A DNA stretch of 64,000 nt, from assembly GCA_910587425.1 (NCBI GenBank), contig CAJUKU010000002.1, positions 96,526 through 160,525 on the forward strand, written 5' to 3'. A model generated the notes under the pieces. It had not been told where the DNA came from, did no database searches, and was given only the letters and a program-made list of their open reading frames with translations. This DNA is from an uncultured Muribaculaceae bacterium (lineage in GTDB: Bacteria > Bacteroidota > Bacteroidia > Bacteroidales > Muribaculaceae). Made by a program: the position numbers and the translations under genes. Shown here piece by piece: positions 50,150 through 59,290 of this stretch. Position 1 is the first letter of the stretch. Each line of letters opens with the position of its first letter.

Positions 50150-50173
50150 AACCTTTGCGGGGGTATGCTTGTT
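50150..50173 (+). promoter_or_regulatory. Candidate alternative-sigma promoter, copy upstream of the small-protein/GlsB pair
   Basis: (G)AACCTT-tgcgggggtatgc-TTGTT(AG). Confidence 0.55.
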
Positions 50174-50249
50174 AGAAAGATATATACCAATCCCGGCATC
50201 CTCCCGACAGTCACAGGTCGGGGCGGCTGTCATTTCAACTGAATTACTT

Positions 50250-50426
50250 ATGAGCGACAAAGATTACAAAAAAAGCCGTGTGAACATGTGGCTTGTCATA
50301 GGAGCACTCGTACTGATAGCGCTTCTTATAGTATGGCTTACCATAGCCGATCTATGGGGTGATACCGACGTTGCCGCCGGTGCACCGGTATTCATCACAC
50401 CACTCACAAACCTGCTGCCGTTATGA
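50250..50426 (+). CDS. Small single-TM protein (58 aa)
   Basis: MSDKDYKKSRVNMWLVIGALVLIALLIVWL...; ATGA overlap with the next gene. Confidence 0.65.
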   Translation: MSDKDYKKSRVNMWLVIGALVLIALLIVWLTIADLWGDTDVAAGAPVFITPLTNLLPL

Positions 50427-50713
50427 TCACCGCATCGATAGGACTGACCAACTGGCTTGTCTGGGCGCTGATAGGAATCATCGGCGGATATATGGCAGGC
50501 AGACTGCTAACTTCGGGCGGCGCCGCGCTATGGCTACGCGTGATCATCGGCATACTCGCCGCGATAGGTGGCGGATATGCGTTCATGGCTTGGTTCGGCA
50601 ACAATGACTACGGACAGACAATAGCACTCGTCGGCGCGGTAGCCGTGTGCGGCATTGTGCTCTGGCTGCTGAGTGTCATTTTCAAGCGCCCGTCTGACAG
50701 CGACGACGAATAA
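50423..50713 (+). CDS. GlsB/YeaQ/YmgE-family stress-response membrane protein
   Basis: WALIGIIGGYMAGRL, IIGILAAIGGG, three TM segments. Confidence 0.7.
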   Translation: MITASIGLTNWLVWALIGIIGGYMAGRLLTSGGAALWLRVIIGILAAIGGGYAFMAWFGNNDYGQTIALVGAVAVCGIVLWLLSVIFKRPSDSDDE

Positions 50714-50730
50714 ACGACCATACAGAAAAA

Positions 50731-50774
50731 ATAACACGAGGCGGTGTGTCGGATGACACACCGCCTCGTGTTAT
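50731..50774. terminator. TGTGTC..GACACA-family hairpin (perfect 20-bp stem) between convergent GlsB-like gene and rplS
   Basis: ataacacgaggcggtgtgtc-ggat-gacacaccgcctcgtgttat. Confidence 0.85.
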
Positions 50775-50794
50775 AGCGTTGCAGTAACGCCTGC

Positions 50795-51151
50795 TTACTT
50801 GTTGATCACGCGGCGCTCCTTGATACGAGCCTTCTTGCCGGTGAGTTTGCGCAGGTAGTAAAGTTTCGCACGGCGAACCTTACCATACTTGTTGACTGTG
50901 ATCGAGTCGATGAAAGGCGATTCGATGGGGAAGATACGCTCTACACCGATATTGTCGCTCATCTTGCGAACGGTGAAGCGCTTTTTGTCGCCTTCGCCCG
51001 AAATGCGGATAACCACACCACGGTACTGCTGGATACGCTCCTTGTTACCCTCTTTGATGCGGTAGGCTACGGTGATGGTGTCACCGGGACCAAATTCGGG
51101 ATGTTGCTTGCCGCAGGCATAAGCCTCTTCGACAACTTTAATCAGATCCAT
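50795..51151 (-). CDS. rplS: 50S ribosomal protein L19
   Basis: [38 protein letters not shown]. Confidence 0.98.
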   Translation of the reverse strand: MDLIKVVEEAYACGKQHPEFGPGDTITVAYRIKEGNKERIQQYRGVVIRISGEGDKKRFTVRKMSDNIGVERIFPIESPFIDSITVNKYGKVRRAKLYYLRKLTGKKARIKERRVINK

Positions 51152-51183
51152 TTTTCTCTAAATTAAAATGTTAACATTCAACA

Positions 51184-51223
51184 CGCAATATAGCCAAGCT
51201 GCTTCGTCTTGCCAGAGATTGCG
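51184..51223 (-). promoter_or_regulatory. Putative L19 autoregulatory leader RNA
   Basis: Minus strand cgcaat-ctctggcaagacgaagcagcttggctat-attgcg, between a -7 element (51236-51243) and rplS. Confidence 0.45.
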
Positions 51224-51348
51224 GCTTTTCGGGCGCAAAGTTACACATTTTATCGCACTCACACAACATTTTCTGCCCTGCCGGCATATTTTTCTCACAC
51301 CGTTCAGCCCGGCATATAAAGTTTTTTTGCCGCGTGGAGTATTTTCAT

Positions 51349-51356
51349 TAACTTTG
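51349..51356 (+). promoter_or_regulatory. -7 element for lysS-gpsA-pgi
   Basis: TAACTTTG, 23 nt upstream of the ATG. Confidence 0.65.
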
Positions 51357-51379
51357 CCGTTAATATTAAGGTATAAAAA

Positions 51380-53143
51380 ATGGCAACAAACATACTCGAA
51401 CTTAGCGAGCAGGAAATCGTACGCCGAAACTCGCTTGCCGAGATGCGGGCACTCGGAATTGAGCCTTATCCCGCAGCAGAATATAAAGTGACGGCACACA
51501 CCGCCGAAATACTCGATACATTCACCGATGACGCCCCACGCCGTGAGGTGACCGTAGCCGGACGACTCATGAGCCGACGGGTAATGGGAAAGGCTACATT
51601 CATCGAACTGCAGGACTCCGAGGGGAGAATACAGGTCTACATAAGCCGCGACGACATCTGTCCCGGAGAAGACAAGACATTCTACAACAGCGTGATCAAG
51701 AAGCTCCTCGACATAGGAGACTTCATCGGCGTGGAGGGATACGTTTTCCGCACGCAGATGGGGGAGATCACCATACACGCCGAACGCATCACCGTGCTCG
51801 GCAAATCACTGCGTCCGCTGCCTATCGTGAAGGTAAAGGATGGCGTGACATACGATGCGTTTGATGATCCGGAGATGCGCTACCGCCGCCGCTATGTGGA
51901 TCTCGTGGTCAATGAAAAGGTGCGCGAGATTTTCCAGAAGCGCACACGCGTGTACAACTCCATGCGTGAGTTCTTCAACTCCCACGGCTACATGGAGGTG
52001 GAGACACCGATACTCCAGTCAATACCCGGAGGAGCTTCCGCACGCCCGTTCATCACGCACCACAATGCACTCAACATACCTCTATATCTCCGTATAGCCG
52101 ACGAGCTCTACCTCAAGCGCCTGATCGTAGGCGGATTCGAGGGTGTCTACGAGTTCTCCAAGAACTTCCGCAACGAGGGTATGGACCGTACGCACAACCC
52201 GGAGTTCACCTGCATGGAGATCTACGTGGCTTACAAGGACTACAACTGGATGATGGACTTCACGGAGCGGATGCTCGAAAAGATCTGCCTCGACGTGAAC
52301 GGCACCACCGATGTGCAGGTGGGAGATAACATCATAAGCTTCAAGGCTCCTTTCCGCCGCCTCACCATGACCGACGCCATACGCGAACGCACAGGCATAG
52401 ACATTACCGGCATGACCGAGGAGCAGCTGCGCGACGCCGCCCGCTCACAAGGCATCGAGGTCGACGATACCATGGGTAAAGGAAAGCTCATCGACGAGAT
52501 TTTCGGCGAATGCTGCGAGGGCACATTCATACAGCCCACATTCATCATCGACTATCCGATAGAGATGTCGCCGCTCACAAAGCGTCACCGTAACAATCCG
52601 GAACTCACAGAGCGCTTCGAGCTGATGGTCAACGGCAAGGAGCTCGCCAACGCATACTCGGAGCTGAACGACCCGATCGACCAGTATGAGCGCTTCGTGG
52701 ATCAGATGCACCTCAGCGAGAAAGGTGACGACGAGGCTATGATCATAGACCACGACTTCATCCGCGCCCTGGAGTATGGTATGCCCCCGACATCAGGCAT
52801 GGGCATCGGCATGGACCGTCTGGTGATGCTCATGACCGGGCAGACCGCCATACAGGAGGTGCTGTTCTTTCCTCAGATGCGCCCCGAGAAGAAAGCGCGC
52901 CGCTCGACAGAAGCGGAGTGGGCGGCAGCAGGCGTCCCCTCAGAATGGATCGCACCCCTCGCCAAGCTCGGCGTGCTCACCACGCAGCAGCTCGCCGCCA
53001 CGGCATCGGCAGGAAAACTTCAGCAGGATCTCTGCGGACTCAACAAGAAATTCAAGCTCGAGCTGACAAACCCCACAGCCGACGCTGTGAAGGAATGGAT
53101 CGCCGCAGCTGCCGCTCAGACAGCTACCGACGACGCCGAGTAA
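51380..53143 (+). CDS. lysS: Lysyl-tRNA synthetase (class II, with Bacteroidetes C-terminal extension)
   Basis: GGASARPF, LYLRIADELYLKRL, FRNEGMDRTHNPEF, YGMPPTSGMGIGMDR. Confidence 0.98.
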   Translation: MATNILELSEQEIVRRNSLAEMRALGIEPYPAAEYKVTAHTAEILDTFTDDAPRREVTVAGRLMSRRVMGKATFIELQDSEGRIQVYISRDDICPGEDKTFYNSVIKKLLDIGDFIGVEGYVFRTQMGEITIHAERITVLGKSLRPLPIVKVKDGVTYDAFDDPEMRYRRRYVDLVVNEKVREIFQKRTRVYNSMREFFNSHGYMEVETPILQSIPGGASARPFITHHNALNIPLYLRIADELYLKRLIVGGFEGVYEFSKNFRNEGMDRTHNPEFTCMEIYVAYKDYNWMMDFTERMLEKICLDVNGTTDVQVGDNIISFKAPFRRLTMTDAIRERTGIDITGMTEEQLRDAARSQGIEVDDTMGKGKLIDEIFGECCEGTFIQPTFIIDYPIEMSPLTKRHRNNPELTERFELMVNGKELANAYSELNDPIDQYERFVDQMHLSEKGDDEAMIIDHDFIRALEYGMPPTSGMGIGMDRLVMLMTGQTAIQEVLFFPQMRPEKKARRSTEAEWAAAGVPSEWIAPLAKLGVLTTQQLAATASAGKLQQDLCGLNKKFKLELTNPTADAVKEWIAAAAAQTATDDAE

Positions 53144-53174
53144 ACCATACCATGAACAGAAACGTTACTCCCGT

Positions 53175-54170
53175 ATGAGTTTTCCCGGAACAATAGCCGT
53201 CATGGGCGGCGGCAGTTGGGCAACTGCCCTCGCCAAGCTCCTCCTCGACAACTGCGAGTCGATACTGTGGTACATGCGCCGCGACGATCGCATCGAGGAG
53301 TTCCGTCGCAACCGCCGCAACCCGGCGTATCTCAGCGACGTGGTGTTCGACATCGAGCGCATCGAGTTCTCATCGGACATCAACGAGGTGTGCCGCCGCG
53401 CCGACACGCTGCTACTCGTCATGCCCTCGCCGTACTTCAAGGATCACGTCAACAAGATAACCGTCGACATTTCCGACAAATTCGTGGTCTCGGCGGTGAA
53501 AGGTATCGTGCCTGACGACAACCTGATCATCTCGACCTACATGCAGAAGCGGTTCGGCATCAAGCCGGAGCGCACGCTTGTGGTGAGCGGTCCCTGCCAC
53601 GCGGAGGAGATAGCGCTCGGCAGACAGAGCTATCTCACCATAGGATGCAACGACATATTCCATGCCGAGCAGTTCGCGTCGTGCCTTGCAGGAAAAACGC
53701 TCAAGACAATCACGTCGAAGGATGTTGACGGCATCGAGTATGCAGCCGTACTCAAGAATGTCTACTCCATCGCCGCAGGAATAGTCCACGGACTGAAGAA
53801 CGGCGACAACTTCCTCGCCATGCTCGTCAGCAACGCTATCCGCGAGATGGAGCGGTTTGTCGACACCGTGTGTCCGCGCCACCGGCAGATATGTGACTCG
53901 GTGTATCTCGGCGATCTGCTCGTCACATCTTACTCGCGCTTCTCGCGAAACCATAATTTCGGCTCCATGATCGGCAAAGGTTACTCAGTCAAGGCTGCGC
54001 GCATGGAAATGGAGCAGACAGCCGAGGGATACTACGGCACCAAGTGCATCCACGAGATCAACAGCCGTTACAGCGTGACGATGCCGATACTCGACGGTGT
54101 GTTCGACATACTCTACCGCGGAGCCAACCCCGCCAAGGCTATACGCCGCATGTCGGACACCTTCATCTGA
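53175..54170 (+). CDS. gpsA: NAD(P)H-dependent glycerol-3-phosphate dehydrogenase
   Basis: [29 protein letters not shown]...SRN. Confidence 0.95.
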   Translation: MSFPGTIAVMGGGSWATALAKLLLDNCESILWYMRRDDRIEEFRRNRRNPAYLSDVVFDIERIEFSSDINEVCRRADTLLLVMPSPYFKDHVNKITVDISDKFVVSAVKGIVPDDNLIISTYMQKRFGIKPERTLVVSGPCHAEEIALGRQSYLTIGCNDIFHAEQFASCLAGKTLKTITSKDVDGIEYAAVLKNVYSIAAGIVHGLKNGDNFLAMLVSNAIREMERFVDTVCPRHRQICDSVYLGDLLVTSYSRFSRNHNFGSMIGKGYSVKAARMEMEQTAEGYYGTKCIHEINSRYSVTMPILDGVFDILYRGANPAKAIRRMSDTFI

Positions 54171-54264
54171 GGTTTTTCCACAACGACTCATCGGGGTCGT
54201 CATTTTCGACATACGGATACAGAAAACCACAAAACAGAATCAAAAAAACAAAGTCCTTAAGATA

Positions 54265-55602
54265 ATGAGCAAAATCTCCGTCAACATCAGCCAGGCTGCC
54301 GCAGTGGCGCCCGAGGCTACAGTAAAGGCACTTCTTCCGGAAGCCGCCGACGCTCTCGCTAAAGTAATGAACGGCACCGGAGCCGGCAACGACTTCCTGG
54401 GATGGACCGACCTCCCCACCCGCACTCCTGCGGCAGAACTCGACGACATCATCGCCACCGCCAAGCGTCTGCAGGCTGACTGCGAGTATGTGGTATGTGT
54501 AGGTATCGGCGGCTCCTACCTCGGCGCAAAGGCTGTGATAGAGGCTCTCAGCGACTCTTTCTCGGCTTACCGTGCCGACCACCGCGGTCCGAAAGTGATC
54601 TTTGCCGGTCAGAATATCGGCGAGGACTACCTGTTTGAGCTCCGCAACCTTCTGCAGGGTCACCGCTTTGGCATCATCGTGATCTCCAAGAGCGGCACAA
54701 CGACCGAACCGGCGATAGCTTTCCGCATACTCAAGGAGATACTTGAGCAGCAAGAGGGTAAGCAGCGTGCAGCAGAACGCATAGTCGCCATCACCGACGC
54801 TCACCGCGGCGCACTCCGTCAGCTCGCCACCGAAGAGGGATACAAGACTTTCGTGATCGACGACAATGTGGGCGGACGCTTCTCCGTGCTCTCACCCGTA
54901 GGACTGCTCCCCATCGCAGTAGCCGGATATGATATCAAGGCTCTCATGCAGGGCGCGGCAGAAATGCAGAAAGCCACAGCCGAGCCTACACTCGACAACC
55001 CCGCCATACTCTATGCCGCGACCCGCAACGCCCTCTACCGCGCCGGAAAGAAGATAGAGATCCTTGTCAACTACAACCCGAAACTCCATTATTTCGGCGA
55101 GTGGTGGAAACAGCTCTATGGCGAGAGCGAGGGTAAGGACGGAAAGGGCATTTTCCCTGCTGCCGTTGATTTCTCCACCGACCTCCACTCCATGGGTCAA
55201 TGGATCCAGGACGGCGAGCGCACGATTTTCGAGACTGTGCTTTCAGTAGAGGCTCCCGAGCATGAGACCATCGTCCCCACCGACAACGACAACCTCGACG
55301 GACTCAACTACATAGCCGGACGCCGCGTGGATGAAGTGAACAAGATGGCTGAACTCGGCACACGCATAGCACACGTGGATGGCGGTGTGCCCAACCTCCG
55401 CATCACCATCCCCGCTCTGCGCGAGCAGTGGCTCGGTCAGCTCATCTACCTGTTTGAGAAGGCTTGCGGAATAAGCGGATACATGCTCGGCGTAAATCCG
55501 TTTGACCAGCCTGGAGTTGAATCATACAAGCGCAACATGTTCGCGCTCCTCGCCAAACCCGGCTACGAGAAGGAGACCGAGGCTATCCGCGCCAGAATCT
55601 GA
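54265..55602 (+). CDS. pgi: Glucose-6-phosphate isomerase
   Basis: [48 protein letters not shown]. Start at MSKISV. Confidence 0.97.
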   Translation: MSKISVNISQAAAVAPEATVKALLPEAADALAKVMNGTGAGNDFLGWTDLPTRTPAAELDDIIATAKRLQADCEYVVCVGIGGSYLGAKAVIEALSDSFSAYRADHRGPKVIFAGQNIGEDYLFELRNLLQGHRFGIIVISKSGTTTEPAIAFRILKEILEQQEGKQRAAERIVAITDAHRGALRQLATEEGYKTFVIDDNVGGRFSVLSPVGLLPIAVAGYDIKALMQGAAEMQKATAEPTLDNPAILYAATRNALYRAGKKIEILVNYNPKLHYFGEWWKQLYGESEGKDGKGIFPAAVDFSTDLHSMGQWIQDGERTIFETVLSVEAPEHETIVPTDNDNLDGLNYIAGRRVDEVNKMAELGTRIAHVDGGVPNLRITIPALREQWLGQLIYLFEKACGISGYMLGVNPFDQPGVESYKRNMFALLAKPGYEKETEAIRARI

Positions 55603-55628
55603 CACCGCACAGACGGTATCGCAATATC

Positions 55629-55670
55629 ATGACAGTGGCTGCACCTGCTTTCAGGCGCAGCCACTGCCAT
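55629..55670 (+). terminator. Stem-loop after pgi (no U-tract)
   Basis: cagtggctgc...gcagccactg. Confidence 0.45.
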
Positions 55671-55721
55671 AAACAGACCTTTGAACATCCGCACCGCCCA
55701 ATTCTACCGTTGCATCTCCTA

Positions 55722-55752
55722 TTTGCATCTCGCGGAAAAATGCCTAAATTTG
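55722..55752 (+). promoter_or_regulatory. Housekeeping promoter for recF (probable leaderless mRNA)
   Basis: TTTG-N19-TAAATTTG-cact-ATG. Confidence 0.75.
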
Positions 55753-55756
55753 CACT

Positions 55757-56863
55757 ATGCAATTAGACGCCATCACAGTCCATAATTTCAAGAATATCGC
55801 ACAGGCGACCATGGAGTTCTCCCCGAAGATAAACGGTCTGCTGGGAAATAACGGCATGGGTAAGAGCAATCTTCTCGATGCCATCCACTTCATGAGCTTC
55901 TGCAAGAGCTTCGCCGGGGTCACTGATGCCATGGTGATACGCCAGGGTGAAGACTTCGCGATGGTGCGCGCGCTTTACACACGCCGCGATGCTCCGGAGG
56001 AGCTCACGCTCGGCATGGCTCGCGGACGGCGCAAGAGCCTTAAGCGTGGCGGAAAGGAGTACGGACGGCTCAGCGAACATATCGGCGCTTTCCCACTCGT
56101 CATGGCTGCGCCACAGGACTCCGAGCTCGTGCGCGGTTCGGGCGAAGAGCGCCGCAAATGGATGGACATGGTGATCTCACAAGGCTCATCACGCTACCTC
56201 GACGCCCTGATCCGCTACAATGCCGCTCTTGAGCAGCGCAACCGTCTGCTGCGTGACGGCGCTACAGACCGTGGGCTCTACGAGGTGCTGGAGATGCAGA
56301 TGGATGCCGCTGCATCGCTGATCTCCGGTGAGCGCCGCCAATGGACGGCACGGCTTGCCGAGCTTGCACAGCGATTCTACTCTGCGATAGCGGGTGACAG
56401 TGCAGAGACCGTGGGACTCGAATATGAGACTCGTCTGACAGAAGGCACGAGCCTGACCGACCTTCTCGCGGAGGCACGCATACGCGACACCGCCTTGCGC
56501 CACACCAGCGTGGGCACGCACCGCGACGATATCGGCATGACCATAAACGGAATGCCGATGCGGCGCACAGCATCGCAAGGGCAATGCAAGACATTCACCA
56601 CTGCACTACGGTTGGCGCAGTACGAATTTCTCCACGAGGCATCGGGGCTGCGCCCGCTGCTGCTGCTCGACGATATATTCGATAAACTCGACGCCACACG
56701 CGTGGAACGTATCATATCGCTTGTCACCGCCGACAATTTCGGGCAGATATTCATCACCGACACCAACCGCACACATCTCGACGAGATCATGCACCGCACC
56801 GGCGGCGATTACCGCCTCTGGAGCGTCGCCGACGGAAACTTCACATCTATCATAGGATCATGA
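55757..56863 (+). CDS. recF: DNA replication and repair protein RecF
   Basis: GNNGMGKSNLLDAI, GTHRDD, ASQGQCK, LLLDDIFDKLD. Confidence 0.95.
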   Translation: MQLDAITVHNFKNIAQATMEFSPKINGLLGNNGMGKSNLLDAIHFMSFCKSFAGVTDAMVIRQGEDFAMVRALYTRRDAPEELTLGMARGRRKSLKRGGKEYGRLSEHIGAFPLVMAAPQDSELVRGSGEERRKWMDMVISQGSSRYLDALIRYNAALEQRNRLLRDGATDRGLYEVLEMQMDAAASLISGERRQWTARLAELAQRFYSAIAGDSAETVGLEYETRLTEGTSLTDLLAEARIRDTALRHTSVGTHRDDIGMTINGMPMRRTASQGQCKTFTTALRLAQYEFLHEASGLRPLLLLDDIFDKLDATRVERIISLVTADNFGQIFITDTNRTHLDEIMHRTGGDYRLWSVADGNFTSIIGS

Positions 56864-57150
56864 AGCGCAACGAACCACGCTCATTCGCCGAGATATTCAA
56901 CGAAGCTGTCGAGCAGTCAGGACACGCCGACACTTTCGCCGAACAGCAGGCGGCATACCTGTGGAGCGAGATTGTAGGTCCCGGAGTGAACCGTCTCACG
57001 ACGCGCCGCATGGTTGTACGTGGTGTGCTGCATGTCACCATCACCTCCGCCGCGCTCAAACATGAGCTGTCATTCCACCGCACAAGGATAGCCGAGCTGA
57101 TAAACACACGGCTCGGGAAAAACGTTATAACGTCGATTGAAATACATTGA
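56860..57150 (+). CDS. DUF721 / DciA-like protein
   Basis: WSEIVG...GVLHVTITSAALKHEL...INTRLG; directly after recF. Confidence 0.85.
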   Translation: MKRNEPRSFAEIFNEAVEQSGHADTFAEQQAAYLWSEIVGPGVNRLTTRRMVVRGVLHVTITSAALKHELSFHRTRIAELINTRLGKNVITSIEIH

Positions 57151-57152
57151 AT

Positions 57153-57677
57153 ATGACTGACCAGAACATGACCGACCAGGCACCCGCCGACTTCACCACC
57201 CCCGATGGCGTGGAATTCACCTACCTCGCCTCCGATAATCCCCGGATTCCCGTTGCGGAACATCCTTTCCGTCACCGCCAGCCGGTTCAGATGCGATTTA
57301 CCGACATCGACATGCTGGGACACCTCAACAACAATGTCTACCTGACATTCATGGATCTCGCCAAGGTGGAGTATTTCTCACATGCGCTCCCCGACGGTAT
57401 GGACTGGAGAAGCATAAATGCGGTAGTGGTGCACATCGACGTGGATTTCTTCGCTCCGTCATATTTCAACGAGACACTGGAGGTATGGACGACCATCAGC
57501 TCCGTAAGCACCCACAGCTTCACCATGGAGCAGCGCATCATTAACGCATCCACACGCCAGACGAAATGCGTGGGACGCACCGTGATGGCGGGTTTCGATC
57601 CGAAGACCGCCACCGGACGCGCCATAGACCGCGCATGGGTAGATGAGGTAGCCGCATACGAGCACCGCCACATATAA
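57153..57677 (+). CDS. Acyl-CoA thioesterase (4HBT/hotdog fold)
   Basis: RFTDIDMLGHLNNNVY. Confidence 0.88.
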   Translation: MTDQNMTDQAPADFTTPDGVEFTYLASDNPRIPVAEHPFRHRQPVQMRFTDIDMLGHLNNNVYLTFMDLAKVEYFSHALPDGMDWRSINAVVVHIDVDFFAPSYFNETLEVWTTISSVSTHSFTMEQRIINASTRQTKCVGRTVMAGFDPKTATGRAIDRAWVDEVAAYEHRHI

Positions 57678-57709
57678 GCGCCCCGGCTTACAAAGCAGAT
57701 AAAACATAA

Positions 57710-57740
57710 CGAGGGGGTGTGTCGGTGACACACCCCCTCG
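57710..57740. terminator. TGTGTC..GACACA-family hairpin between convergent thioesterase and tig
   Basis: cgagggggtgtgtc-ggt-gacacaccccctcg. Confidence 0.8.
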
Positions 57741-57765
57741 CTGTATCTATCGGTTCCGGGACGGA

Positions 57766-59133
57766 TTACTTGCCCAGGTCCTCTACTATGGAACGGAACT
57801 CGTCGACGCTCACTGTCTTCTGGTCGAGGGTCACAGACTCCTGGATCTTCTTGAAGAGCATGAGCTCGTGGCAACGCTCGTAGAGGCTGCGTGAGTTCTT
57901 CTTGTCGGCTACGATATTCTCGGCATACTTGGCGATAACATCGTCGGGCATGTTAGCCATGCCCATCTCTGCGAATTTGCTGCGGGCATACATCTTTGCC
58001 ATCTCCAGTACGTCGGCTTCTGTTACGTTTATGCCGGTCTTCTTGGAGAGGCTGCCTTCGATGATCTCCCATTTGAGCGAGGGGAGCATGTTGGTCCACT
58101 CAGCGTCAACCTGCTCGTCGGTCAGCTCCTCGTTCTGGAGCTTGAGCCAACGCTTGAGAGTTGTCTCGGGGAGCTGCATCTCGCCGTATTTCTTCATGAA
58201 ATACTCGTGAGCCTCGGCGCGGAAGAGCTGGTCGCTGTTGCCCTGAAGCTCAGCTGCGATCATAGCTTTGACAGCCTGACGGTACTCCTCGTCGTTGTGA
58301 ACCTTGTCCTGACCGAACACCATGTCGAAGAACTCCTGGTTCATCTCGGCAGGTGTGATGTTGATGATCTCGGAAATAGTGAAGCGGAAATCGGAGTGCA
58401 TCTCTGCAACTGCGGCACGGTCGGCATTGAGCATCGATGCGAGCTCAACGATGTTGCCACCGCAAGCCTCCCAAGGATTGAACACTACCTCATCACCGAC
58501 TTTCTTGTCAGCGAAGAGAGCAGCCTGATCTTTCGAGACGAAATGCTCCGGACCTACGATTCCTGCAGGAACCTCAATGGCACCGTCGCCCACCTTCACA
58601 GTACCGTCAGCGTTCAGCTCGGCAATCGCACCCTTGATGACAGATTCAGGGGTGGTAGCCTCACCGGGACCCTGCTGACCGTAGCGGCGACGGAGTGCGT
58701 TGCTCTGCTCGTCGATCATCTTGTCGGTGACCTCTATCTCGTAGTAGGGAAGAGTCTCGCTCTTGTCGAGCACTACATCAATCTCTGGAGTAAGGGCGAG
58801 ATCATACTCGAAAGTGAAATCCTTCTGAGTCTTGAAATCGAGAGCCTTCACCTCTACAGGCACGGGATATCCGAGCACCTGAAGGTTGTTCTCCTGGATA
58901 TACTTCATCACAGCCTCATGCACCTCACGGTTGATGACGTCGCTGGTGATGTCGCGTCCGAAACGGCGGTAAAGCTCGCCAAGGCTGATGTGCCCCTTGC
59001 GGAAACCGGGAATCTGATGAGTGCGTCCGATCTTGCGAAGATCCTGCTCTACTTTCTCTTTGTAGTCGTTCTCTACAACCTCGACGGTGAGGCGTGCCTC
59101 AACCGCGTTGGTCTTGTTGATAGTTACATTCAT
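57766..59133 (-). CDS. tig: Trigger factor
   Basis: Ribosome-binding IPGFRKG motif; Bacteroidetes-type length and architecture. Confidence 0.92.
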   Translation of the reverse strand: MNVTINKTNAVEARLTVEVVENDYKEKVEQDLRKIGRTHQIPGFRKGHISLGELYRRFGRDITSDVINREVHEAVMKYIQENNLQVLGYPVPVEVKALDFKTQKDFTFEYDLALTPEIDVVLDKSETLPYYEIEVTDKMIDEQSNALRRRYGQQGPGEATTPESVIKGAIAELNADGTVKVGDGAIEVPAGIVGPEHFVSKDQAALFADKKVGDEVVFNPWEACGGNIVELASMLNADRAAVAEMHSDFRFTISEIINITPAEMNQEFFDMVFGQDKVHNDEEYRQAVKAMIAAELQGNSDQLFRAEAHEYFMKKYGEMQLPETTLKRWLKLQNEELTDEQVDAEWTNMLPSLKWEIIEGSLSKKTGINVTEADVLEMAKMYARSKFAEMGMANMPDDVIAKYAENIVADKKNSRSLYERCHELMLFKKIQESVTLDQKTVSVDEFRSIVEDLGK

Positions 59134-59150
59134 ATACTTTATGTATCTTA

Positions 59151-59221
59151 CTTGTCATGTTTGCGCCGGATCACGCTCGGGAGCGTCATCCGGCAGAGTT
59201 CACCAAACCCGTCGTGACAGG
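59151..59221 (-). promoter_or_regulatory. Structured 5' leader of tig
   Basis: Nested stems between a -7 element TAATTTTG (59242-59235) and the ATG. Confidence 0.5.
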
Positions 59222-59290
59222 TTCAATCGAGCTGCAAAATTAACCATAATCCACCACATTAACAACCGTCTCTGTGATTTTTTAATGGAA

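Noticed and set aside
49740..50249. Cobalamin riboswitch, CRISPR array or oriC near nrdJ
   Set aside because: No B12-box consensus; the repeats are degenerate with no spacers or cas genes; only two weak DnaA-like boxes and no dnaA gene.
54097..54264. Extended pgi start overlapping gpsA; similar extended starts for the PFOR-like gene, DUF805 and the ORFs at 20834 and 50145
   Set aside because: Downstream ATGs fit family lengths, A-rich leaders and promoter positions better.
59151..59221. tRNA or SRP RNA upstream of tig
   Set aside because: No cloverleaf or TTC loop, and no SRP domain IV GGAA/CAGG-AGCA motif.
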